Shown here piece after piece: positions 39,685 to 51,214 of a stretch of DNA of 64,000 nt. A model generated the notes under the pieces. The model worked only from the letters and a program-made list of their open reading frames with translations, had not been told where the DNA came from and searched no databases. This DNA comes from Octopus sinensis (Eukaryota). Position 1 is the stretch's first letter, and each line of letters starts with the position of its first letter. Position numbers and translations under genes: made by a program. Location: NCBI RefSeq assembly GCF_006345805.1, contig NC_042998.1:156364001-156428000 (forward strand), given 5' to 3'.

Positions 39685-42052
39685 TGATTGATTGATTCTA
39701 GTTTCAGCTCATGAGCTGTGGCCATGCTGGGGCACCGCCATTTGGTGTTGCTACTTGGTTTTACTTCACGAACGCTTTCTAGCAACTGCCATTTGGTGCA
39801 TGAGAGAGTTCGATGCAGCTGCCCTCATCTGCACCTCCTGCCGTGAAGTTGGTTCATCTGGGATACCTGACAAGAAGAGATCCAGTTTCACTTTAAAGAC
39901 ATCTGCATCCACCCCATGCAGGTCTCTCAGGTTCTTCGGGAGGATATTGAAGAGCTGTGGGCCTCGGAAGCCCAGGCTATCACAGTATCTTGTCCTACAT
40001 CTTGATGGCAAATTTGGAGTCCTAGGCACCACGCAGTGGCGCCCAGTTCTGGCATTTGTGTAACTCTCGATGCCAAAGTTTGGAACACGTCCCTCCAGGA
40101 TCTTCCAGATGTATATTATGGCATATCTTTCCCGCCTACGCTCCAAGGAATATAGTTTTAATCTCTTGAGTCTTTCCCAGTAGCTTACATTCTGCATAGA
40201 GGCTATCTTCTTCGTGTAGCTACGCTGGATCGCCTCGAGCTCTGTGATCAACTTGACACTGGATGGTGACCATAACTGAGAGCAATAGTCAAAGTGGCTT
40301 AGGACAAGTGTCCTCCAGAGGACCATCATGGTTTCTTGTTCTCTTGTTCTAAAGGTTCTGAGAATCCATCCGGCCAGTCGTCTACATTTCATTGCCAATT
40401 TAGCAACATGAACACGAGAGGTTGCGTCATCACTCATATAAATACCCAGGTCACGCACTGATTGTGCCTCTGGGATTGCTGTTCCTCCGGGTCCAGTGTA
40501 TTCATTGGGTATTGCATTTAGTTTTGCATGCTGATAGTATAAAGCTTGAAACTTTTCAGCATTGAACTGCATGCTATTCTTTTCAGCCTACTTGTATATT
40601 TTGTCCAGCTCACATTGCAGGCGTTTAGTGTCCTCAGGGTTCTGTATTGCCTGTGAAACTTTTGTATCATCTGCATAACTTGTGATCGTAGCTCTCTGCG
40701 TGGCTGAGGGCATGTCTGAGAGGGACAATATGAACAGTAGTGGTCCCAGAACAGTGCCCTGCGGGACACCGCTCACTATTTGCGTGTTAATGGAAGTGGC
40801 CCCATTGGCTACTACCACCTGACTTCTATCTTTCAGAAAGTCATGAAGCCATTCTCCCAGTTTTCCAACTATGTTGAGATCACGCAGTTTGTGACATATC
40901 ATTCCATGATCGACTTTATCAAAGGCCTTTGCAAAGTCGAGATATATCACTTCCACATTTGAGTGGTTGAGCAGCCGTTTCAGCACCCAGTCATAGTGTT
41001 GTAGTAGCTGAGTTAAACAGCTTCTCCCTGGTCGGAAACCATGTTGGGTGTCGGGCAGCAAGTCATTTTCTTCAAGGAAGGTGATCAGTTTCCTTCTGAC
41101 TATTCGTTCCATGACCTTGCTGATGTGTGAGGTCAGAGAGATAGGTCTGTAGTTCTTGGCCTCCACTCTGCTACCTCCTTTATGAATGGGGCATATTTTA
41201 CCTTCCTTCAGTTTTCTTGGAAGTTTGCCAGCTGCAAGGAAGCTTTGAAAGAGGAACTGCAGTGGTCTTGCTAGGACTCTCTTACATGCTTTTAGGAGGA
41301 TTGCCGGGAATCCATCGGGGCCAGTAGCTGAGTCTGTTTTCATTTCATCTATAGCCTTGATTACATCGTCTTCCTTTATATCGATGTAATCTATCGTTGC
41401 CGCCTCTGATTTTGTATCTGCAGTGGTAAAGAAGTCAGTTGGATTGGTGATTTGGAGATGCCCAAGGGGTGGAGTGAAAACACTCTTGAATTGCTCATTC
41501 AGTATTTCACTTACACTCATTGGTTTTCCTGTAAGTGTGTCATCCTTTTCAAGGAGTGGCCCTATTCTACAGTGCACCGTAGCTGTTTCTTTGGCATACC
41601 TGTAGAAAGCTCTGGGGTTAGATTTTATGTTGTCTATAGCCCTGGCTTCTTTGTCTGCTCTTTCCTTTTCATGGGAGAGTTGCAGACATTTTTCAATTTC
41701 CAACAGTTTTATTTTTAGGCGAGACTTTTCACTGCTTTCAATCTGTTTGTTTAGGCGATTTGAAAATTTCGTACACCGTCTCATTAAAATTTTCCTCTCT
41801 CTGGGGATTTTTTATCTTGTGTACAGTGGCCTTTCTCTCTGGGACACATTTGTAGCATATGGCTTGCATTACAGACATTAATTGTTGAAGTTTCACGTCG
41901 ATGTCTGGCGAGGAGAGACATTTAGGCCAGTTTTGTTTGAGGATCTCTTTCTCAATTTGTTTCCAGTTTGCCTTATGGTAGTTCAAGCTGGAAAGATTCT
42001 GAGGATTTCTTGTAGGCTGCATGTCCGTGCTCTCTTTTGGCCCGTACATGGT
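39685..42052 (-). mobile_element. CR1/L2-group LINE, 2.4-kb 3' portion including RT
   Basis: NYRPISLTS, QHGFRPGRSC, YLDFAKAFD, GVPQGTVLGP, YADD; one TGG-to-TAG stop at 40588-40590 and a frameshift near 41780. Confidence 0.95.
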
Positions 42053-42055
42053 CAG

Positions 42056-43497
42056 CTCAACTAGTTAGAGAGAGAGTTAGTCTAGATGAGATGCAGTTTG
42101 GGTTTATGCCAGGGAAAAGTACCACTGATGCTATATTCCTGGTAAGGCAGCTGCAGGAGAAATACCTAGCCAAAGATAAGCCCCTGTACCTGGCTTTTGT
42201 TGACATGGAGAAAGCCTTTGACAGGGACCCCCGATCCCTTATCTGGTGGTCAATGAGGAAACTAGGGGTAGATAAATGGTTAGTGAGAGCTGTGCAAGCC
42301 ATGTACAGGGACGCTGCTAGTAAGGTGAGGGTTGGCAACGAGTACAGTGAAGAATTTCGGGTAGAGGTAGGGGTCCACCATGGCAGACTCACTTTATCCC
42401 ATTCATTTTCTTTATTCAGCAACCTTTCATAGTGGCGTCTCCAGACCTCTCTCGTTGCATCCTCATTTAGCGCAAGTGAACCATTTTCTATGCGAACACA
42501 CTTCTCTCCTACCACATCACAATTCTCTCTCACACACTGTCTTGCAACATGAAACACCTCCAGTCTTTAGTCCTCATAGCGCAGAACATTGGCAAATTTT
42601 TTCTTATCTGCTACCCCTCTGGTTAGATAGACCTGTCTCCTAGCTTCCCTTTTGGCAGTCTGATACAATTCCCTGCTACCACTATACTTCCAGTCCTTCC
42701 AAACCTGTCTCTTTTCTCTAATAGCCCTACCTACAACATTGTTCCACCACCACATTACCTTGGGACGAGAGGGGACTTTGCACCAGCCACAGATCTGGTC
42801 AGTAGCTCTCAGCAGGTTGTCCCTTAGAAACGACCAGTTGCCTTCTACCCCATGAGATACTCTATCCCCTTCTACTCCGTCAAAGGCTTCAAGTAACATG
42901 TCCCTAAATCTCTGTCCATTCGCAGGATCTTTAAGCTTCCAGATCCTTCTTCTCCATGTTAGTCGTCTTCTGGTTGTCCTCTCAGTCCTGATCCTAAAGT
43001 CACTAACTACCAGTCTATGTTGCGGGGTACATTCTTCGCCTGGGAAGGTTTTGGCATTAATAAGCAGCCATCTCTCCCTTTGCCAGGCAAAGATCTAATC
43101 AATTTGGCTGGTATGTTGGCCCGATCGGTAGGTGACTAGATGGCTGGTAGGTTTCCTGAAGTTAGTGTTGCAAATCATAAGATTATTTGCATCGCAGAAC
43201 TCCAGCAGCCTGGTTCCCTCTCGTTGCGAGAACTATAGCCATAGCCTCCATGTACACCATGGAAGCCCCCAGCATGTCGTCCAACGTGACCATTGAAGTC
43301 ACCAGCCACAAAGAGAGGGTCTCTTGTCCATCGTCAACGAGGTAGTCTGCAGTAGAGTGTCATAGAATCGGTCTTTCTGTCCATCGGGTAGCCCCGGCTG
43401 AGGAGCATAGGCTGATATAATGGTTGCTAATCCATGATGAAGCACTAATCTAATCTTAAGTATTCCGTCACATACTCTGATTACCTCAATTACTTAC
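42056..43497. mobile_element. Rearranged RTE: RT piece on + (42056-42381) abutting an EN/linker piece on - (42382-43497)
   Basis: QFGFMPGKSTTDAIF...MEKAFD on +; QIDY, GEECTPQHRL and ICGWCKVP on -. Confidence 0.88.
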
Positions 43498-43532
<35 letters not shown>

Positions 43533-43537
43533 GTATA

Positions 43538-43899
43538 GGCGCAGGAGTGGCTGTGTGGTAAGTAGCTTGCTAACCAACCACACGGTTGCGGGTTCAGTCC
43601 CACTGCGTGGCATCTTGGGCAAGTGTCTTCTGCTATAGCCCCGGGCCGACCAATGCCTTGTGAGTGGATTTGGTAGACGGAAACTGAAAGAAGCCTGTCG
43701 TATATATGTATATATATGTATATGTGTGTTTGTGTGTCTGTGTTTGTCCCCCTAGCATTGCTTGACAACCGATGCTGGTGTGTTTATGTCCCTGTCACTT
43801 AGCGGTTCGGCAAAAAGAGACCGATAGAATAAGTACTAAAAGGTGGTGCTCCAGCATGGCCGCAGTCAAATGACTGAAACAAGTAAAAGAGTAAAAGAG
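43538..43899 (+). mobile_element. tRNA-derived SINE with LINE-like 3' tail
   Basis: A-box TGGCTGTGTGG, B-box GGTTCAGTCCC, internal TA/TG tract, stem CAGTC-AAAT-GACTG (43863-43876) and (AGTAAAAG)n tail. Confidence 0.88.
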
Positions 43900-44040
43900 T
43901 ATATATACATATGTATATTATATATACAGGAACATGTAAAATTAGGTGTGGATGTGAGTGAGCTAGGTTAGAAATCCCTATCTCAAACGCTGTGGTTACT
44001 AGGGCAAAAACCCCACACTTTGACAAGTTTATATATATTT

Positions 44041-44119
44041 ATAGAGTGGTTGTATACTGTCAACTTAACGTGACAGTAAGGGAATGTCACGTTAAGTTGA
44101 CAGTATACAATCACTCTAT
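44041..44119. repeat. 35-bp inverted repeat with a 9-nt loop
   Basis: atagagtggttgtatactgtcaacttaacgtgaca-gtaagggaa-tgtcacgttaagttgacagtatacaatcactctat; one G/T mismatch. Confidence 0.95.
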
Positions 44120-44188
44120 CGCTCCACCACCGTACATATCTCTATGAGATATTTAGAAATTTAATATTTCTGATATATATTTATATAT

Positions 44189-44527
44189 ATACAAAATAAG
44201 AAAATGGAGAAATATGTCCAAATCAAATATCAACTACCAGATAATACCCAATCACATACTTTATTAAACCACCACATAAGAAACTTTAAGGTCAAACATA
44301 ATAATATAGAACAAAACAGTGTACATAAAAGAGTAATATATTTATATTCTCTTATACATATTGTACTTATTGTATCATATTACTCCTTTATGTACACTGT
44401 TTTGTTCTATATTATTATGTTTGACCTTAAAGTTTCTTATGTGGTGGTTTAATAAAGTATGTGATTGGGTATTATCTGGTAGTTGATATTTGATTTGGAT
44501 GTATTTCTCCATTTTCTTATTTTGTAT
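44189..44527. repeat. About 151-bp inverted duplication with a 37-nt spacer
   Basis: Arms 44189-44339 and 44377-44527, about 3 mismatches. Confidence 0.92.
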
Positions 44528-45016
44528 TATGAATTTGTGGTAAAACATTTTACCTTTGCCCATATAATACAGTAAATGAATTAATTGCATCGCAATTCTT
44601 AACATTTATGCATTAACTTTGTTGGGTACTTCACTAGCAGTATATTGAATATATGTTATCCCATGGAGGGTTGCATTTACAACCTCTATCTCAATTTGTA
44701 ACTATTTATATATATATATAATATACATATATATTATATATATATATATATATCACTTTGATCACCTTGACCGACCAGTCCGTCGAGCGTCCATTTGACA
44801 CCGCTGGTCACAGCACGCTGTTCACTCCTTGCTGGATGGAGCTGCGCAGTTGTCAAGCGGTACTAGCTTAAGGTGACCTTCTCTATGCACTGGTAAGAGT
44901 GTGGTTGTTACTTTCTGTTACTTCTTTTCTGTTTTTTATCACCACATTCTTTGCAGATTTACTCATTGTGAATGGTGGTTCTTTGACGGAGTGAAGTCCG
45001 CCACCCACAAGTTACA

Positions 45017-45170
45017 GGTTAGTGAACATACAAAGGTGTGCTAGGAATCTTAATCCTAATTTCCAAATCTTCACCTTCTATCAATGTTCACAGAATACCA
45101 CAATGCAACAAAGGTTGAATAAAGAGGCATTTTTCATCAATAAATATCTACCCCAACTAAATATGAACAT
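45017..45170 (+). mobile_element. Penelope-like GIY-YIG endonuclease C-terminal remnant
   Basis: FYQCSQNTTMQQRLNKEAFFINKYLPQLNM, resembling the R..KE..FI....P.LN end of PLE endonucleases. Confidence 0.5.
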
Positions 45171-45886
45171 ACAACTCAATACAGAACACCACTAACCCTT
45201 CAATTAAAACCACTAACCCCTATACACTCCCTACACCATCCACATTACAATTCTATATTCAAATCCAGAGCTACTTACCTCCCTTACAAATAATCTTTTT
45301 CCTCAGGAACAATTAGACCTGACACCGTGTATTAGCCGGTGTTTATTAAAAGCATGTATATATACATTATATATACGTATTTATATATAGAACTCATACA
45401 CACACATATATAAATTAACCCAATAAATATCTGTTTCATAATATTTGTTCTCATGATTGTGTGGTGGTGGTAGAGATAATAATTCTCTCTATGAATGCAG
45501 ACAGACGTAGAGAGAGAGAGAGAGAGGATGTAGGAGAAAGAGTGAGAGCACTTGTGAAGGTGGTGGGAGAAAGATAGTAGACACTGTCAAACGTCGTTAT
45601 AGAGAGAATGTGAAGGGAAGGGTGGAAAGAGAGAGAGACGGAGGAAGACAGGCAGATAAGAAAATGAGAGAAGCGAGAAAAACTTGTCAAAGTGTGGGGT
45701 TTTTGCCCTAGTAACCACAGCGTTTGAGATAAGGATTTCTAACCTAGCTCACTTACATCCTCACCTCATTTTAAATGTTCCTGTAAATTTTGGAGTGAAT
45801 CCGACAGGATCTAGTGCCCTTTAACCCGTTCCAATGCCAAAACCAGACAAACAAACAAACTTTTCGCATTTCAGATTTATAGATAT

Positions 45887-45933
<47 letters not shown>

Positions 45934-45959
45934 TAGATAGATAGATATATACACATTCT

Positions 45960-47140
45960 GATTTTCAAACCTATTTATCGATAATGTTGATTTTCAAACC
46001 TATTTATCAAATGTTTATTATCAACAATGCCGTCCCTAGTCAAATTTCCTCACACCGTTTTATCACTACGTGTTCCTTGACCTCTCTCTCTAACTAACCC
46101 TATCTCTCTCCCTGTTTCTCTATGTCCCCCTCTTCCCATAACCATCATCGCCATATCTCTCTCCCTAGGTCTCTCTACGCCCCCCCCCCCGCTTCCATAA
46201 CCATCATCGCCATATATAAAAGAGCGATCGCATTATCGTTAACCCCACTCGCTTCAAAATATCTAAAGACGAAATACGCACAGATCATGATTGGCTAAAG
46301 CTAAGTGAATTGTTCAACCTCGCTACGACTACCTTCTATCTTGCACTTATCTTTATTCTTTCACTATTCTTCAATTTCCATCTCATTGTATTGTTCCTCA
46401 TTCTTTCAGTATTCCCTCATTACCCTGTCTAGCTCAAACATTTTTTTCGTTTAGTCTTGCCACTCTGATTTTTCAAACCCATTTGCTAGCTCCGATCTTA
46501 CAGAACCTTACTAACCTACGGTTTTACAGAACCTTACTAAGCCACGATGTTATAGTAGTTATCAATAATGATTATTATTCCCTCTGATTTTTCTGATTTT
46601 CAAACCTATTTATCGATAATGTTGATTTCAAACCTATTTATCAAATGTTATTATCGACAATGCCGTCCTAGTCAAATTTCCTCACACCGCTTTATCACTA
46701 CGTGTTCCATGACCTCTCTCTCTAACTAACCCTATCTCTCTCCCTGTTTCTCTATGTCCCCCTTTCCCATAACCATCATCGCCATATCTCTCCCTAGGTC
46801 TCTCTATGCCCCCCCCCCTTCCATAACCATCATCACCATATATAAAAAGAGCGGATATCGTTTTAACCCCACTCGCTTCAAAATCTAAAGACGAAATACG
46901 CACAGATCATGATTGGCTAAAGCTAAGTGAATTGTTCAACCTCGCTACGACTACCTTCTATCTTGCACTTATCTTTATTCTTTCACTATTCTTCAATTTC
47001 CATCTCATTGTATTGTTCCTCATTCTTTCAGTATTCCCTCATTACCCTGTCTAGCTCAAAATTTTTTTCGTTTAGTCTTGCCACTCTGATTTTTCAAACC
47101 CATTTGCTAGCTCGATCTTACAGAACCTTACTAACCTACG
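45960..47140 (+). repeat. Two tandem units of about 600 bp directly upstream of RTE copy 2
   Basis: Units about 45960-46590 and 46595-47140; both contain ...cccatttgctagct(c)cgatcttacagaaccttactaacctacgg, shared with the 81-bp array. Confidence 0.85.
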
Positions 47141-50100
47141 GTGCACCCGCCCTCCCACCCCTACCACACATGCCGGAAGTTCCTATCTTTGCCATTCCGG
47201 GGTTGCTTCCCATGAAGACTGCAAATGCTCTCACCATCCCTACCCCTCCCTACCCCTAGTCTCGACCTATGTAAGGTAATGTTCATACAGTGCAAAATAT
47301 GAAAGGCTAGTGTTATGCAGGTTGTACTGAAGGCTATTACTACTTCATTTCTTGCACATGAATTCTGCCAAATGCGAGCTTTCTTTTCAGGTACACGAAG
47401 CTACTGTCCACCGTCCAGGGTCTCTAGAGCCCATGCCTCCCACACCCTCAGAGTTGGCACCTTCACGTGGCACTCTGAAAGGTAGGTCTGGTGAGATAGT
47501 CGAGATGCTTGAACGGAGATGTGTGGATATATGTTGCATGCAAGATATAAGGTGGAGAGGAGGATCAGCTAGGTTCCTCACAGGCAAGGAACGCAGGTAC
47601 AAGATTTTCTGGGCAGGGAACACTGACGGGGTTGGTGGCGTGGGTATACTTATCGCTGAGAAATGGGTAGATAAAGTAATTGAGGTAATCAGAGTATGTG
47701 ACAGAATACTTAAGATTAGATTAGTGCTTCATCATAGTTTAGCAACCATTATATCAGCCTATGCTCCTCAGTCGGGGCTACCGATGGACAGAAAGACCGA
47801 TTCTATGACACTCTACTGCAGACTACCTCGTTGACGAACGACAGAGACCTTATCTTTGTGGCTGGTGACTTCAATGGTCACGTTGGACGACATGGGGGGC
47901 TTCCATGGCGTACATGGAGGCTATGGCTATGGCTCCCGAAACGAGGAGGGAACCAGCCTGCTGGAGTTCTGCGATGCAAATAATCTTATGATTTGCAACA
48001 CTAACTTCAGGAAACCTACCAGCCACATAGTCACTTACCGATCGGGCCAACATACCAGCCAAATTGACTACATCCTTGCAAGGCAAAGGGAGAGATGGCT
48101 GCTTATAAATGCCAAAACCTTCCCAGGTGAAGAATGTACCCCACAACATAGACTGGTAGTTAGTGACTTTAGGATCAGGACTAGGAGGACAACCAGAAGA
48201 CGACCAATATGGAGAAGAAGGATCTGGAAGCTTAAAGATCCTGCAAATGGACAGAGATTTAGAGACATATTACTCGAAGCCTCTGACGAAGTAGAAGGGG
48301 ATAGAGCATCACAGGGAGTAGAAGACAGCTGGACGTTTCTAAGGGACAACCTGCTGAGAGCCACTGACCAGATCTGTGGCTGGTGCAAAGTCCCCTCTCG
48401 ACCTAGAATAACGTGGTGGTGGAACAATATTGTAGACAGGGCTATTAGAGAAAAGAGACAGGCTTGGAAGGTCTGGAAAAATGGGGGTAGCAGGGAATTG
48501 TATCAGACTGCCAAAAGAGAAGCTAAGAGACAGGTTTATTTAGCCAGAGGGGAAGCAGATAAGAAAAAATTTGCCAATGTTCTGCGCCGTGAGGACCAAA
48601 GACTGGAGGTGCTTCGCGTTGCAAGACAGTGTGTGAGAGAGAATCGTGATGTGTTAGGAGAGAAGTGTGTTCGCATGGAAGATGGTTCACTTGCGCTAAA
48701 TGAGGATGCAAAGAGAGAGGCTTGGAGATGCCACTATGAAAGTTTGCTGAATAAAGAAAATGAATGGGATAAAGAGAGTCTGCCGAATGTTGATCCAACA
48801 GAGGGACCAGCTATCCGAGTTGATAGTTCCGTGGTAGCTAAGGCAATTAGAAGCATGAAGACAGGAAAAGCCCCAGGCCCATCAGGAATCACTGCAGAGA
48901 TGCTCAAAATGTCTGGTAGTGTCGGCTATAGCCTAGTCACCCATATAGTTAATCAGGTGATACACAAAGGAGGCATACCCAATGACTGGTGTAGCAGCAT
49001 AATAGTCAACTGCTACAAAGGTAAAGGTGACGCCCTAGATACAAATAATTGCAGAGGTATCAAGCTGTTGGATCAGGTGATGAAGGTTACGGAGAGGGTC
49101 ATAGCCCAACTAATTAGAGAGAGAGTTAGTTTAGATGAGATGCAGTTTGGGTTTGTGCCAGGAAAAAGTACTACTGATGCTATATTCCTGGTGAGGCAGC
49201 TGCAGGAGAAATACCTAGCCAAAGATAAGCACCTGTACCTGGCTTTTGTTGACATGGAGAAAGCCTTCGACAGGGTCCCCCGATCCCTTATCTGGTGGGC
49301 AATGAGGAAACTAGGGATAGATGAATGGTTAGTGAGAGCTGTGCGGGCCATGTATAGGGACGCTGCTAGTAGGGTGAGGGTTGGAAACGAGTACAGTGAA
49401 GAATTCCGGGTAGAGGTAGGGGTCCACCAAGGCTCAGTACTCAGCCCCCTCCTATTTATCATAGTCCTCCAGGCAATAACGGAGGAATTCAAGACAGGAT
49501 GCCCTTGGGAGCTCCTCTATGCTGATGAACTTGCTCTAATTGCTGAGTTGCTATCAGAACTGGAGGAGAAGTTTCAGGTGTGGAAACAAGGATTAGAATC
49601 GAAGGGCCTCAGAGTCAATCTAGCTAAAACCAAAGTCGTAATCAGTAGGAAGGTAGACAAATCACAAACGCCTTCAGGTAGATGGCCCTGCTCGATCTGT
49701 AGAAAAGGTGTAGGTAGAAACTCTATAAGATGCACCAAGTGTAAGCTATGGACACATAAGAGGTGCAGCAATGTCAAAGGAAGGCTAACTAGGAAGATGG
49801 TTTTTGTATGTGGCAGATGCTCAGGAACAATAAACACTGAAAATGCTCTGAGACCAACTTCCGTCACTTTCCAGGGAGAAAAACTAGAAATAGTTGATAG
49901 TTTCCGTTACCTAGGTGACCAAGTCAGCAGCGGGGGCGGCTGTGCTGAAAGTGTAACTGCTAGAGTAAGAATAGCTTGGGCAAAGTTCAGAGAGCTCTTA
50001 CCCCTGCTGGTTACAAAAGGCCTCTCGCACAGAGTGAAAGGCAGACTGTATGATGCGTGTGTACGAACAGCCATGCTACATGGCAGTGAAACATGGGCCG

Positions 50101-51176
50101 TGACTGCTGAGGATATGCGTAAGCTCGCAAGAAATGAAGCCAGTATGCTCCGATGGATGTGTAATGTCAGTGTTCATAATCGACAGAGTGTAAGTACCTT
50201 GAGAGAAAAGCTGGACCTAAGAAGCATCAGTTGTGGTGTGCAAGAGAGACGATTGCGCTGGTATGGTCATGTGGCGAGAATGGATGAAGATAGTTGTGTG
50301 AAAAAGTGCCACACACTAGCGGTTGAGGGAACCTGTGGAAGAGGCAGACCCAGGAAAACCTGGGACGAGGTAGTGAAGCACGACCTTCGAACTTTAGGTC
50401 TCACTGAGGAAATGACTAGAGACCGAGTCCTCTGGAAGTGTGCTGTGTGCGAGAAGACCCGGCAGGACAAGTGAGTCCATAACCCGTGGCCTTCTACTTG
50501 GGATGGAGCCAGCCTACGTATGCATACCTTCCTTCTTGGGACACAAAACTCTACTTGTGAAGACCTGTTGAGGCAAGTGAGGATCAGAATCGAATCGATC
50601 AATGGAAATTGCAGATGTGTTACCAGTGACGGTGCATGTCGATACTCTACTTGTGAAGACCCGTTGAGGCAAGTGAGGATCAGAAATGGAAATCGATCAA
50701 TGGAAATTGCAGATGTGTTACCAGTGCCGGTGGCATGTCGAAACTCTACTTGTGAAGACCCGTTGAGGCAAGTGAGGATCAGAATGGAAATCGATCAATG
50801 GAAATTGCAGATGTGTAACCAGTGCCGGTGGCATGTAAGAGAACCTTCCGTTTCGTGACCGTTGCCAGCACCGCCCCGTTTCGTGTCCGTTGCCAGCCTC
50901 GCCTGGCCCTTGTGCCGGTGGCACATAAAAAGCACCATCCGTTCGTGGCCGTTTGCCAGCTCTGTCTGGCACCTGTGCGGGTGGCACGTAAAAAGCACCC
51001 ACTACACTCACGGAGTGGTTGGCGTTAGGAAGGGCATCCAGCCGTAGAAACACTGCCAGATTTGACTGGGCCTGATGAAGCCTTCTGGCTTCACAGACCC
51101 CAGTAGAACCGTCCAACCCATGCTAGCATGGAAAACGGACGCTAAACGATGATGATGATGATGATGATGATGATGA
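47141..51176 (+). mobile_element. Near full-length RTE LINE copy 2
   Basis: 5'UTR and ORF (47315-50474) with EN, RT and PHD-like finger; 3'UTR with 3 tandem units and (GAT)n; nearly identical to copy 1. Confidence 0.97.
47856..50474 (+). CDS. RTE ORF: endonuclease C-terminal part plus RT, 872 aa open; catalytic motif reads YADE
   Basis: ORF track; small indels upstream (about 47413, 47465, 47782, 47893); tat gct gat gaa at 49518-49529. Confidence 0.9.
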   Translation: MWLVTSMVTLDDMGGFHGVHGGYGYGSRNEEGTSLLEFCDANNLMICNTNFRKPTSHIVTYRSGQHTSQIDYILARQRERWLLINAKTFPGEECTPQHRLVVSDFRIRTRRTTRRRPIWRRRIWKLKDPANGQRFRDILLEASDEVEGDRASQGVEDSWTFLRDNLLRATDQICGWCKVPSRPRITWWWNNIVDRAIREKRQAWKVWKNGGSRELYQTAKREAKRQVYLARGEADKKKFANVLRREDQRLEVLRVARQCVRENRDVLGEKCVRMEDGSLALNEDAKREAWRCHYESLLNKENEWDKESLPNVDPTEGPAIRVDSSVVAKAIRSMKTGKAPGPSGITAEMLKMSGSVGYSLVTHIVNQVIHKGGIPNDWCSSIIVNCYKGKGDALDTNNCRGIKLLDQVMKVTERVIAQLIRERVSLDEMQFGFVPGKSTTDAIFLVRQLQEKYLAKDKHLYLAFVDMEKAFDRVPRSLIWWAMRKLGIDEWLVRAVRAMYRDAASRVRVGNEYSEEFRVEVGVHQGSVLSPLLFIIVLQAITEEFKTGCPWELLYADELALIAELLSELEEKFQVWKQGLESKGLRVNLAKTKVVISRKVDKSQTPSGRWPCSICRKGVGRNSIRCTKCKLWTHKRCSNVKGRLTRKMVFVCGRCSGTINTENALRPTSVTFQGEKLEIVDSFRYLGDQVSSGGGCAESVTARVRIAWAKFRELLPLLVTKGLSHRVKGRLYDACVRTAMLHGSETWAVTAEDMRKLARNEASMLRWMCNVSVHNRQSVSTLREKLDLRSISCGVQERRLRWYGHVARMDEDSCVKKCHTLAVEGTCGRGRPRKTWDEVVKHDLRTLGLTEEMTRDRVLWKCAVCEKTRQDK

Positions 51177-51183
51177 CATACAT

Positions 51184-51214
<31 letters not shown>

